IMG/VR virus record: IMGVR_UViG_3300029309_000046
Coordinates: 1 to 56,835 of that record
Direction: 5' to 3' (one strand)
From: a virus
Lineage: Duplodnaviria > Caudoviricetes
Length of the DNA: 56,835 bases
Part shown: one piece after another, positions 10,039-19,057 of the stretch
How positions within the stretch are numbered: position 1 is the stretch's first letter
Layout: each line of letters begins with the position of its first letter
The notes under the pieces: generated by a model
Databases searched by the model: none
Told to the model about the DNA's origin: nothing
The model's input: the letters and a program-made list of their open reading frames with translations, nothing else
Translations under genes and position numbers: made by a program

Positions 10039-12198
10039 ATGCCATTAACAAAAGTAGATATAGCCCCAGGATTTAATAAACAAGTTACTCAAACAGGAGC
10101 ACAAGGAAAGTGGACTGATGGTGACTTTGTAAGATTTAGATATGGACTACCTGAAAAAATAGGGGGCTGGGAACAAATTTTAGAAAGCACATTAATTGGC
10201 GCAGCAAGAGAACAATTTATTTGGGCAGATTTAGACGGAAGAAAGTATGCTGCAATAGGTACAAATAAAGTATTAGTAATCTATTATGAAGGTGCCTTTT
10301 TTGATATTACACCTTTAGGCACAGCACTTACAGGATCCACATTTGATACTGTTAACACATCAGCTACCGTTACTGTAAACAAAGCAGCACATGGTCTTGA
10401 ACCTGGAGATATATTTTTATTTTCATCTGTTACACCTCCAACAGGTGCAGGATATGTTGCATCTGATTTTGAAACAAATCCATTTCAAGTAGTTACTGTA
10501 CCTGACAGTGATTCATTTACTGTAACTATGGCAAGCGCAGCAGGGACAACGGTCAACGGATCTGGGTCTGCAACAGTTACTCCATATATTAAACCAGGAG
10601 CTTTAAGTTCAACATTTGGATTTGGATGGGGGACAGGACTGTGGGGTGGTGGACAACAAGTGTTTAGCACATTAAACGGAGCTTTATTAGATGACACTGC
10701 TGGCACAGGAGGTTCAGGAACTTCAATTACACTTGCATCCACAACAGGATTTCCATCAACAGGAACAATAAAAGTTGGAGCAGAGTTTATTTCATACACA
10801 GGAATTTCATCTAATGATTTGACTGGTATTACAAGAGCTGCAGCGGGTACGAGATCTGCTCATTCAAGCGGAGCAGGGGTTGAAGTATTTACTGGGTGGG
10901 GTATCGAATCATTATCTCAAACTTTAACTGTTGATCCTGCATCTTGGTCTTTAGATAATTTTGGTGAACAACTTATTGCTACTATAAAAAATGGTCAATC
11001 TTTTTCTTGGAATCCTATTAACTCTAATTCTAATGCTTTAAATACAAGAGCTGTAATTATTTCTAATGCACCAACTGCATCTGTAATGTCTTTAGTTTCA
11101 GATAGAGATAGACATTTAGTTATGCTGGGAACTGAAACAACTATTGGAACTCCAGGAACACAAGACAAAATGTTTATAAGATTTTCAGATCAAGAAAATA
11201 TTTCTGATTACACACCAACATCTGTTAATACTGCGGGTACATTTAGACTTGACTCAGGAACAAAAATTGTTGGAGCAGTTAAAGGTAAAGATTATACTTT
11301 TATTTTAACTGATAATGCAGCTTATGTAATGCAATTTGTGGGCCCACCTTTTACTTTTTCAATTAGACAAGTGGGATCTAATTGCGGATGTATTGGGCAA
11401 CATGCTATGAAATATGTTAATGGTATAGTTTATTGGATGGGAGAATCTGGTGGTTTCTTTGCATTTGATGGTACTGTTAAATCTTTACCTTGCGCTGTTG
11501 AAGATTTTGTATTCACTACAAAAAATGGAAGTAATTTAGGAATTAATTATTCTGCTGGAGAATCTGTTTATGTTGGTCTAAATCATTTATACGAAGAAAT
11601 TTGTTGGTACTATCCACAAGCAACATCTGATTTTAATGATAGATATGTTTGTTATAATTACCAAGACGGCACTTGGGTAACTGGATCACTATCGAGAACT
11701 ACTTGGGTTGATGCTAATCTTTTTGAAAATCCATATGCAACAGAATTTACTTCAACTGGTGTTGGTACTTTTCCTACAGTTCAAGGAGTTACAAATATAA
11801 ATGGATCAACTAAATATTTTGAACATGAAAAAGGTGTTAACGAGGTAGACACAGCAGGTAACAAAACTGCAATTCCAGCTTTTATAGAATCTGGAGATTT
11901 TAGTTTAAATCCTCAGGGCACCAATGGTGAGTTTTTTATGAGTATGAGAAGATTTGTCCCTGACTTTAAAACTATACAAGGCAATGCTCAAGTAACAATT
12001 TTGCTTAGGGATTTTCCAAGTGATACAGAAGCATCGTCTCCACTAGGACCATTCACGGTCACCGGATCAACACAAAAGGTAGATACAAGAGCAAGAGCTA
12101 GATTTGCTAGTTTAAAAATAGCCAACACATCAACTGATGAAAATTGGCGTTTTGGAACTTTTAGAGCTGATGTACAATTAGATGGAATGAGGGGATAA
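10039..12198 (+). CDS. Tail nozzle / packaged-DNA stabilisation protein (tail tubular B/gp10-like)
   Basis: 719 aa; VRFRYGLPEKIGGW N-terminus, IRFSDQE, VYWMG, IESGDF, WRFGT..DG.R C-terminus. Confidence 0.7.
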   Translation: MPLTKVDIAPGFNKQVTQTGAQGKWTDGDFVRFRYGLPEKIGGWEQILESTLIGAAREQFIWADLDGRKYAAIGTNKVLVIYYEGAFFDITPLGTALTGSTFDTVNTSATVTVNKAAHGLEPGDIFLFSSVTPPTGAGYVASDFETNPFQVVTVPDSDSFTVTMASAAGTTVNGSGSATVTPYIKPGALSSTFGFGWGTGLWGGGQQVFSTLNGALLDDTAGTGGSGTSITLASTTGFPSTGTIKVGAEFISYTGISSNDLTGITRAAAGTRSAHSSGAGVEVFTGWGIESLSQTLTVDPASWSLDNFGEQLIATIKNGQSFSWNPINSNSNALNTRAVIISNAPTASVMSLVSDRDRHLVMLGTETTIGTPGTQDKMFIRFSDQENISDYTPTSVNTAGTFRLDSGTKIVGAVKGKDYTFILTDNAAYVMQFVGPPFTFSIRQVGSNCGCIGQHAMKYVNGIVYWMGESGGFFAFDGTVKSLPCAVEDFVFTTKNGSNLGINYSAGESVYVGLNHLYEEICWYYPQATSDFNDRYVCYNYQDGTWVTGSLSRTTWVDANLFENPYATEFTSTGVGTFPTVQGVTNINGSTKYFEHEKGVNEVDTAGNKTAIPAFIESGDFSLNPQGTNGEFFMSMRRFVPDFKTIQGNAQVTILLRDFPSDTEASSPLGPFTVTGSTQKVDTRARARFASLKIANTSTDENWRFGTFRADVQLDGMRG

Positions 12199-12911
12199 TG
12201 TTAACTGTAAATGATTTAATAGGGTTAAATTATTCTAATTTAAGAAATCCAATCACACCTAGACAAGACATGAATCGTAATCAACCTTTTTTAAATAGTA
12301 GTTATCCACAACCTGAATTTTTTCCAAATGATCAACAGGGTTCATTAAATGTTGACATGGGTGCTACAGGAACTATTCCAACAGCTGCAAAATTAAATCC
12401 ACAGCCTTTAATAAATGAAACATCTGGAATTGCTCCATTACTTATTTCTGATACTAATATGCCCTTAGATTATGAAGAAATGATACAAAGAGATGATTCT
12501 ATCATAACACCAAAAAGAAAAACTTCAGGTTTAGAAAATCTTTTACAATTAGCTATTTCTGCAGCAATACCGGGAGCAGGTCTTTTGATGAGAGGACCAA
12601 AAGGATTAGCGGGATTAAATAGAAGAATACAACAATCTGATTTTGGTCAAGCAACATCTTTAGCAGATTATTTAGATATGCAAAGATATGGAGGTTTACA
12701 AGGTAGATTAGATGCTGCTGCTAGAAATATGGCTCAGGCTAGAGGTATTCAAAAGAAAATAGATTCTGGAATGTATGATGATAAAGGTTCAGGAGGAATA
12801 GGTGACAGAGGAAGAGGTCAAACACCAACAAAAACAACTTCTTCAAAAAAATCAACCAGTAGACAATCAAGACAAACTTCGGGATCTGGAGGGTTACATA
12901 GTAATTATTAA
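12198..12911 (+). CDS. Hypothetical, low-complexity (possible internal virion protein)
   Basis: 237-aa ORF coupled to the nozzle gene. Confidence 0.55.
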   Translation: MLTVNDLIGLNYSNLRNPITPRQDMNRNQPFLNSSYPQPEFFPNDQQGSLNVDMGATGTIPTAAKLNPQPLINETSGIAPLLISDTNMPLDYEEMIQRDDSIITPKRKTSGLENLLQLAISAAIPGAGLLMRGPKGLAGLNRRIQQSDFGQATSLADYLDMQRYGGLQGRLDAAARNMAQARGIQKKIDSGMYDDKGSGGIGDRGRGQTPTKTTSSKKSTSRQSRQTSGSGGLHSNY

Positions 12912-12913
12912 TA

Positions 12914-13078
12914 ATGGCTAGAGTTGATATAGTAATTCCAGAACCTACACCAATTTATACTGAAGAAAATCAAAGACAAGTAAGTCAGTCTTTACGAACG
13001 ATGCAAGATAAGTTAAACACTTCTTATCAGCAAGAATTAAAAAATGAACAAGATGCTTTTAATTATTTTTTATCATGA
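12914..13078 (+). CDS. Small hypothetical (54 aa)
   Basis: Manually read MARVDIVIPEPTPIYTEENQRQ...FNYFLS; ATGA overlap with the next gene. Confidence 0.7.
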   Translation: MARVDIVIPEPTPIYTEENQRQVSQSLRTMQDKLNTSYQQELKNEQDAFNYFLS

Positions 13079-13425
13079 CCATACAATATAAAAACCAAGG
13101 TTTCAAACAAGCTGGCACAGGCAAGACTACAGTATTTACTTGCCCTAGTGATGCAACATGTATAGTCAAAAGTGTTTATTGTGCAAATAACGATGGATCA
13201 TCAGCCGTGTTAGTAAATATGAATTTAGTTGATTCATCCGATTCAAGTGCAGAGTATGAATTTTTTAGAGCTGATCTTGCTGCAAAAACACAGGTCAATG
13301 CTACACCTCAAGGTTTGAATCTTGAAGCTGGTGATGCAATAACTGTGCAAGCAGCTACCGGAAGTAACACAATACAAGGTGCAATAAGTTATGCACAAAT
13401 AGATAGATCACAGGAGAATGGCTAG
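13075..13425 (+). CDS. Structural beta-sandwich protein
   Basis: VFTCPS..TCIVKS..CAN, LNLEAGDAITV pattern. Confidence 0.6.
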   Translation: MTIQYKNQGFKQAGTGKTTVFTCPSDATCIVKSVYCANNDGSSAVLVNMNLVDSSDSSAEYEFFRADLAAKTQVNATPQGLNLEAGDAITVQAATGSNTIQGAISYAQIDRSQENG

Positions 13426-13555
13426 ACAAAAATTTACACACTTTGTACCCAGACCAAAACCTCGTAAAAGACCGAGAAGGCATACAAAAAATGTTAATAA
13501 AAAAAAGAAGTTGCAACACAATAAGAAATATAATAGACAAGGACGTAAACAATGA
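13418..13555 (+). CDS. Very basic peptide (45 aa)
   Basis: Manually read MARQKFTHFVPRPKPRKRPRRH...KKYNRQGRKQ; RBS AGGAG; ATGA overlap with the next gene. Confidence 0.65.
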   Translation: MARQKFTHFVPRPKPRKRPRRHTKNVNKKKKLQHNKKYNRQGRKQ

Positions 13556-13752
13556 GTGATTTACCAAAAATAAAAGCAGAGGCTATAGAAACCATCAAAC
13601 ATAAGAGAACAGGTAAAGTGTATGATAGCAAAGCTGATTTTGATGCTGATGTTGCTGATCCCAACACTGATACTACTCAAGATGATTTTAGACAAGACCT
13701 TGAAATAAAAGTTACAAGAGCTGGTTCTTTGGGTGCAAAAACTAAAAAGTAA
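13552..13752 (+). CDS. Hypothetical protein
   Basis: 66-aa ORF coupled on both sides. Confidence 0.6.
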   Translation: MSDLPKIKAEAIETIKHKRTGKVYDSKADFDADVADPNTDTTQDDFRQDLEIKVTRAGSLGAKTKK

Positions 13753-14681
13753 TGAAACCCAGAGGCGCAACTGAACTCCAACATGAGTTGCTTGAAAAAT
13801 TTGTAGATAAAAATTTATTAAGTAAATTTCAAATATGCACATCTATTCCTGGAAAAGTGCCACTGGACCCTAGTAAAATAAATATTCTTTGGCAAAAAAA
13901 TTCTTGGGATCAACCAAACCTACAAAGTTTTTTTAGAAACAAAGACAGACACCACGAATACGATTGGTATGTTTTTAATTCACATTGGTGTTATGAAAAA
14001 TTTAGATATTTTTTTCAAATACCTGAAGATAGATCTATTGTAATTAAAAATGGTGCACACCATTTCCCTAAAAGAAAAATATACAAAAAAGGTGATCCAA
14101 TTAGAATAATGCACCACTGTACACCTTGGAGGGGTTTGAACGTATTATTATTGGCTATGCAATATGTGCAAAATAAAAATATTACACTTGATGTATATAG
14201 TTCTAATGAAGTTTATGGAAAAGAGTTTGCCGATAGAGCAAACAAAGATACAGAAGGATTATTTGAACAAGCTAAAAAATTACCTAATGTAAATTACATT
14301 GGTTATAAACCTAATGAATATATATTGAAGCATATAACAGATTATGATTTATTTGTGTACCCATCTATATTTGAAGAAACATTTTGTGCTTCAGCTTTAG
14401 AAGCTTTAGCTGCAGGATTACATGTCATTACGACTAATTTTGGTGCTTTGCCTGAAACTTGCGCTGAATGGCCTGTCTATGTTAATTACACAAAAAATTT
14501 AGAATTGTTAGCAGGAAGCATAGCAGGAGCGATAGATGTAAGTGCACAATACTTACACACAGATACAATACAAAAACATTTAGATGAACAACAAAAATAT
14601 TATAAAAATTTTTATAGCTGGGATAAAAAAGCTATGGAATGGACAAACTTTTTGAAAGGAGCCCTAAGTGTCAAGCAGTAA
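13752..14681 (+). CDS. Glycosyltransferase (GT-B, GT4-like)
   Basis: PWRGL, FVYPSIFEETFCASALEALAAG, GALPET. Confidence 0.85.
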   Translation: MKPRGATELQHELLEKFVDKNLLSKFQICTSIPGKVPLDPSKINILWQKNSWDQPNLQSFFRNKDRHHEYDWYVFNSHWCYEKFRYFFQIPEDRSIVIKNGAHHFPKRKIYKKGDPIRIMHHCTPWRGLNVLLLAMQYVQNKNITLDVYSSNEVYGKEFADRANKDTEGLFEQAKKLPNVNYIGYKPNEYILKHITDYDLFVYPSIFEETFCASALEALAAGLHVITTNFGALPETCAEWPVYVNYTKNLELLAGSIAGAIDVSAQYLHTDTIQKHLDEQQKYYKNFYSWDKKAMEWTNFLKGALSVKQ

Positions 14682-15543
14682 ATATATCAATGAGGATACA
14701 TATCAAACATTACAAGAAGTAAATATAGAAACACAATCTGATTATGAAAAAGCTACAGAACCTTTATGGAAAGAAGATCCAAATCAATATAAAGATATAG
14801 AATTATTTGTAGCGACACCTGTACATAGTGAAGTTTCTATACACTACACTCAAGCTTTAATAGAGTTTCAACAAGAGTGTTTTAAGAAAAAACTTAAAGT
14901 ATCTTTTCATTTAATAAAATCATCTTTAGTAACTCAAGGAAGAAACTTATCTGTAGCTGGTTTATTAGAGTCGAAAGCAACACATTTATTATTTATTGAT
15001 TCTGACATATATTTTCAAGGTAAATCTATATTTGCTATGTTAAATGCAGACAAGCATATTATATCTGTACCATATCCTTTAAAAACTTTAATGTGGGAAA
15101 AAGCTTTTAATAAAATGCAACAAGGTTTAATTAAATCACCCGATGATATAAGAAAAGCTTTGCACACTTATCCTATGAAAGTGCCCGATCCTAATAATAT
15201 AAAGGTTGATAAAGGTGTTATGGAAGTAACAGATTCACCAACAGGATGTATGCTTATTAAGAGAGAAGTTATAGAAAAAATGATTGAGAAATATCCTGAA
15301 AAAGAAATAGTACAAAAGACAGTCATCAACGGTAAATATGTTAACAAACCTAATATGTGGAATTTTTTTGATACTCTTCATGACCCAAAAGAAAAGACTT
15401 ACAACGGAGAAGATTTTGCATTTTGTAAACTTTGGAGAGATTTAGGGGGTAAATGCTATGCCTATATTAATGACGCGATAGTGCATGTAGGAGAGCATCA
15501 ATACCAAGGCAAGTTTCATGATGAGTTGATATCAGCCAAGTAA
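14668..15543 (+). CDS. Glycosyltransferase-like (GT-A)
   Basis: FVATP, SLVTQGRN, THLLFIDSDI (DxD), TGCMLIKREV, GEDFAFC, HVG. Confidence 0.8.
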   Translation: MSSSKYINEDTYQTLQEVNIETQSDYEKATEPLWKEDPNQYKDIELFVATPVHSEVSIHYTQALIEFQQECFKKKLKVSFHLIKSSLVTQGRNLSVAGLLESKATHLLFIDSDIYFQGKSIFAMLNADKHIISVPYPLKTLMWEKAFNKMQQGLIKSPDDIRKALHTYPMKVPDPNNIKVDKGVMEVTDSPTGCMLIKREVIEKMIEKYPEKEIVQKTVINGKYVNKPNMWNFFDTLHDPKEKTYNGEDFAFCKLWRDLGGKCYAYINDAIVHVGEHQYQGKFHDELISAK

Positions 15544-15588
15544 AATGGTAATATTAGAGACTTTAGATCTAAAAGGAGAATTTATACA

Positions 15589-16542
15589 ATGCTAAATGTT
15601 TTACCTTATGTACTCGCAGCTTATGGTGGATACAAAGGATATCAAGCAAATAAACAAGCAGGAGCATCGGGAATAAATCGTTTGTTAGGAGCGGTGACTG
15701 GAGCGGGTTTGGGATATTATGGAGGACAAGCAGTTCCAGGGGTAACAGCGGCAGGTTTTAAACCTATACCTGGTTTGCCAGTCCTTCCAAGTGTCTCTAA
15801 AGTTCTTAATACAAATGTAGTTCAAGATAATGAAAAAAAAGCTACGACATTAAGGGATCTTGCAAAAATTTTTACAAGACAAAGAGTTGAAAACGGTACA
15901 ATTATTGAAGGAGAAAGAGAAATCGATCCTATGAAAGCGGGTATCGGGGCAGGAGCATTAGCTTATTTATCAGGAGCATTTAAACAAAAACCTGTAGATT
16001 TATTTCAACCAACTTACAATGTTGCTTATGGTGACTTTGCACAAAAAAGACCAGACTTTAAATACATAGACCCAACCACAGGTCAAGAAAAAACATATGA
16101 AAAAATTTACATACCAGAACAAGATCGACCAGCAGATGCTGAAAGATTAGGTCCATACGAAATTTCAAGAAATAGATTTAACACTGGTGGTTTAGCTGAG
16201 ATAAAAAAATTTAATGAAGGCGGTGTTAATTATCTTCCTTCAAAAATGTCTCACGATGAAAACGATGCTAACAATTACGTTAGAGCATCGGGATATGTAG
16301 AAGATGGTTCAGGTGTTGGAGATAAAGATGAAGATACAATGTTAGCTCAATTAGCTGACGGAGAATTTGTAACGAGAGCAGATGGTGTATTGGGAGCAGG
16401 TATTATAGCGGGTGCTAATCCTAATAGTGTTAAAGATATGAGAGAAAAAGGTGCTCAGTATTTTTATGAACAACAAAAGAGATATAAAAGAGTATTTGAC
16501 ATAATCCAGGATGCTAATGAGACAAACAAGAAAAAAAATTAA
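15589..16542 (+). CDS. Probable internal/ejection virion protein
   Basis: RBS AAGGAG; Gly/Ala-rich N-terminus; G.G...D...A.LADGEFV motif. Confidence 0.6.
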   Translation: MLNVLPYVLAAYGGYKGYQANKQAGASGINRLLGAVTGAGLGYYGGQAVPGVTAAGFKPIPGLPVLPSVSKVLNTNVVQDNEKKATTLRDLAKIFTRQRVENGTIIEGEREIDPMKAGIGAGALAYLSGAFKQKPVDLFQPTYNVAYGDFAQKRPDFKYIDPTTGQEKTYEKIYIPEQDRPADAERLGPYEISRNRFNTGGLAEIKKFNEGGVNYLPSKMSHDENDANNYVRASGYVEDGSGVGDKDEDTMLAQLADGEFVTRADGVLGAGIIAGANPNSVKDMREKGAQYFYEQQKRYKRVFDIIQDANETNKKKN

Positions 16543-16981
16543 ACCTTTAGTACAGGTTATTTCTGTTGAGCCTAAAGACATAGAAAGGTTCTGGCCTTTA
16601 GCTGAGTTTATGGTTAGTGAGGCTTTAAAATATTCTGGTAAATATGCTGATGCTAAACACATATATGATTATCTTAAAAAAGATATGATGCAGTGTTTTC
16701 TTATGTTTGGCTCTGATGAATTAGAAGAAAACAAAGTTTTTGGTGTTGGGATAACTAGAATATCTGAAATGCCAAACTATCAACAATTAGAGATTGTTAT
16801 CTGTACAGGAAAAAGAAGGGACTTATGGGAGGATCAATTTGTTGATACAATAACTAAGTTTGCAAAAAATAATGGATGCAAACGTTTAAGTCTTTGGGCT
16901 AGACCTGGTTGGGAGAAAGTCTCAAAAAAATGGGGATGGCAAAAGAAACATGTGCAACTAGAAAAGTGGATAAGTAAATGA
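16511..16981 (+). CDS. GNAT-fold acetyltransferase-like protein
   Basis: ICTG....W......FAKNNGCKRLSLWARPGWEK pattern; lies among ejection genes as in T7/P22-like phages. Confidence 0.55.
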   Translation: MLMRQTRKKIKPLVQVISVEPKDIERFWPLAEFMVSEALKYSGKYADAKHIYDYLKKDMMQCFLMFGSDELEENKVFGVGITRISEMPNYQQLEIVICTGKRRDLWEDQFVDTITKFAKNNGCKRLSLWARPGWEKVSKKWGWQKKHVQLEKWISK

Positions 16982-17823
16982 GTTTTATAAGTAATATATT
17001 TGGTGGTGGCGGAGGTGCACCTCAATCAACTCCAGCATCTCAAACACAATATGTAAGAGAAGCTCCTGGTATTGAAGAAAGAAAATTAGAATTAATGGAT
17101 ATTGCGCGTCAGGTAGCGCAACAACCAGTTAGTATTCCAGATGTTAAAACAGCACCGTTATCAGTTTTAGAACAAAGAGGTATTAAAACTGCAGGGACAA
17201 CGGGCATCGGATCACCGACAACGGCTGCGGGTATTGGACAAATATTATCAGCGGCTCAAGCACCAAACATTTCTCAGTTTTTTAATCCTTTCCAACAATA
17301 TGTAACTGATGAAATTAACAGACAAGCACAAATGGGACAAAATCAATTATCTGCGCAAGCTGTTAGATCAGGTGCTTTTGGTGGTGGAAGAGAAGGTGTA
17401 CAAAGAGCAGAACAAGATTTAAGAAGATTAGAGGCAATAGGTAGATCACAAGCACAAGGTTTTCAAACTGCATTAGGAGCGGCACAGAATCAACAAAGAG
17501 TTGGTTTAGCAGCTGGACAACAATTAGGTGCTCTTGGACAACAGCAACAAGATATGGCAAGACAAGATATTAATCAATTATTAGCAGCTGGTGGTTTAGA
17601 AAGACAGTTAGCACAACAAGCTTTAGATGCTCAAAGAGCAACACAATTACAACAAGCTTACGAGCCATTCCAAAGAGCAGAGTTCTTAAAAAACATTTAC
17701 GCTGCAGGGCCAACTAGTCAGTCACAAATAACAATGTCTACTGCACCGACAGCAGCACCTTTAGCACAATCTATAGGAACAGGATTAGGAGCTTTCCAAG
17801 CGTTCTCAGGAATAGGAGGGTAA
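16978..17823 (+). CDS. DNA ejection/pilot protein
   Basis: Gln/Ala/Gly-rich; FFNPFQQYV, GAFGGGREGV motifs. Confidence 0.65.
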   Translation: MSFISNIFGGGGGAPQSTPASQTQYVREAPGIEERKLELMDIARQVAQQPVSIPDVKTAPLSVLEQRGIKTAGTTGIGSPTTAAGIGQILSAAQAPNISQFFNPFQQYVTDEINRQAQMGQNQLSAQAVRSGAFGGGREGVQRAEQDLRRLEAIGRSQAQGFQTALGAAQNQQRVGLAAGQQLGALGQQQQDMARQDINQLLAAGGLERQLAQQALDAQRATQLQQAYEPFQRAEFLKNIYAAGPTSQSQITMSTAPTAAPLAQSIGTGLGAFQAFSGIGG

Positions 17824-19056
17824 ATGAATAAGGTTTTATTAAGACCCCTTTTTAGAGATGCTTATCTTAAAAAAGAAAAAAAATTAGATGTTAAGAAATT
17901 TAAAGTTGGTGGTTTATCTGAAGTAGAACGAAGAAACTTATTACTTACACCTATAACTTCAGCTTTATTACAAGCAAGAAAAGCACCTGGAGAATCTGAA
18001 TTAGGAGCATTGGCTAGAACTCTTGGTCAAGGTATGGCGGCAGTTCCTACAGTGGCTTCTCAGATAGCGAGTTTAGAGGAGGATGATGATGATAAAGTTG
18101 ATCAATTTGAATTAGTAGCAGACGAAGATTTACCACCTGAATTACAAGGTAAGGGAGCTTATCAAAGAAACCTTACAACAATGAAACTTGAAAAAATAGG
18201 AAGAGAAAAAGAAGAAAAAGATAAAGATAAGTTTAAAATACTAACTCCTGAAGAAGCTAGTGCAGAATTTGGCCAAGCATATAATCCTGATTTGCTATAT
18301 CAAAGAAATTTAGTTACAGATAAAATTGACATACTTGGTAAGTCTGGAACTACTGTAAATGTAGGTGGAGAAATAGATCCTTATACAAAAAAAATTGGTG
18401 AGGAGTTAGGAAAAGCTGATGCAGAAGAATTTGGAAGTGTTAGAAAAACTTTTAATAGTGCTGTTCAATTAGATAATATATTAGAGCAATTAGATATACT
18501 TGCAAAGTTACCTGACGATGAATTGAAAACAGGTGCTTTAGGAGAATTTAGATTATCTGCTACTAAATTTTTAAATGAGTTTGGTATTGAAGCTAACTTT
18601 CAAAATGTTCCTTTGGCGGAAGTTTTAAGAACTGTAGGAGGTAAATTAACAATAGATAACCTTCAAGGTTTTAAAGGAGCAATATCAAATAAAGAATTAA
18701 GTTTTGTTGCTAATGTAACTCCAGGACTAAGTATGTCTAAAGATGGTATTTTACTTAACACAGCGTTAACAAGAAGAGCAAACGAAATAAATAAAAAATT
18801 CTTTTTAGAAGTTGTAGAGCCTTTCATGGCTGCTAACAAAGGATTACAAGGTAGATATGAAGGTAAAACTTATGGACAAATGAAAGCAGAATTTCATAAA
18901 AATAATCCATTAATCACAGAAGATATACAAAAACAAATAAATTTAAATATGAACAAAGTTGATCCAGAATTTGCAGAAAATATAATTACAGATAGTGAAG
19001 GAAATCAATATATATATGTAGGTGGTCAGTACATACCTTATAACCCGGAGAATTAA
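17824..19056 (+). CDS. Probable ejection (internal virion) protein
   Basis: MNKVLLRPLFR N-terminus; FKGAISNKEL.F...PGL motif; position. Confidence 0.6.
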   Translation: MNKVLLRPLFRDAYLKKEKKLDVKKFKVGGLSEVERRNLLLTPITSALLQARKAPGESELGALARTLGQGMAAVPTVASQIASLEEDDDDKVDQFELVADEDLPPELQGKGAYQRNLTTMKLEKIGREKEEKDKDKFKILTPEEASAEFGQAYNPDLLYQRNLVTDKIDILGKSGTTVNVGGEIDPYTKKIGEELGKADAEEFGSVRKTFNSAVQLDNILEQLDILAKLPDDELKTGALGEFRLSATKFLNEFGIEANFQNVPLAEVLRTVGGKLTIDNLQGFKGAISNKELSFVANVTPGLSMSKDGILLNTALTRRANEINKKFFLEVVEPFMAANKGLQGRYEGKTYGQMKAEFHKNNPLITEDIQKQINLNMNKVDPEFAENIITDSEGNQYIYVGGQYIPYNPEN

Positions 19057-19057
19057 A

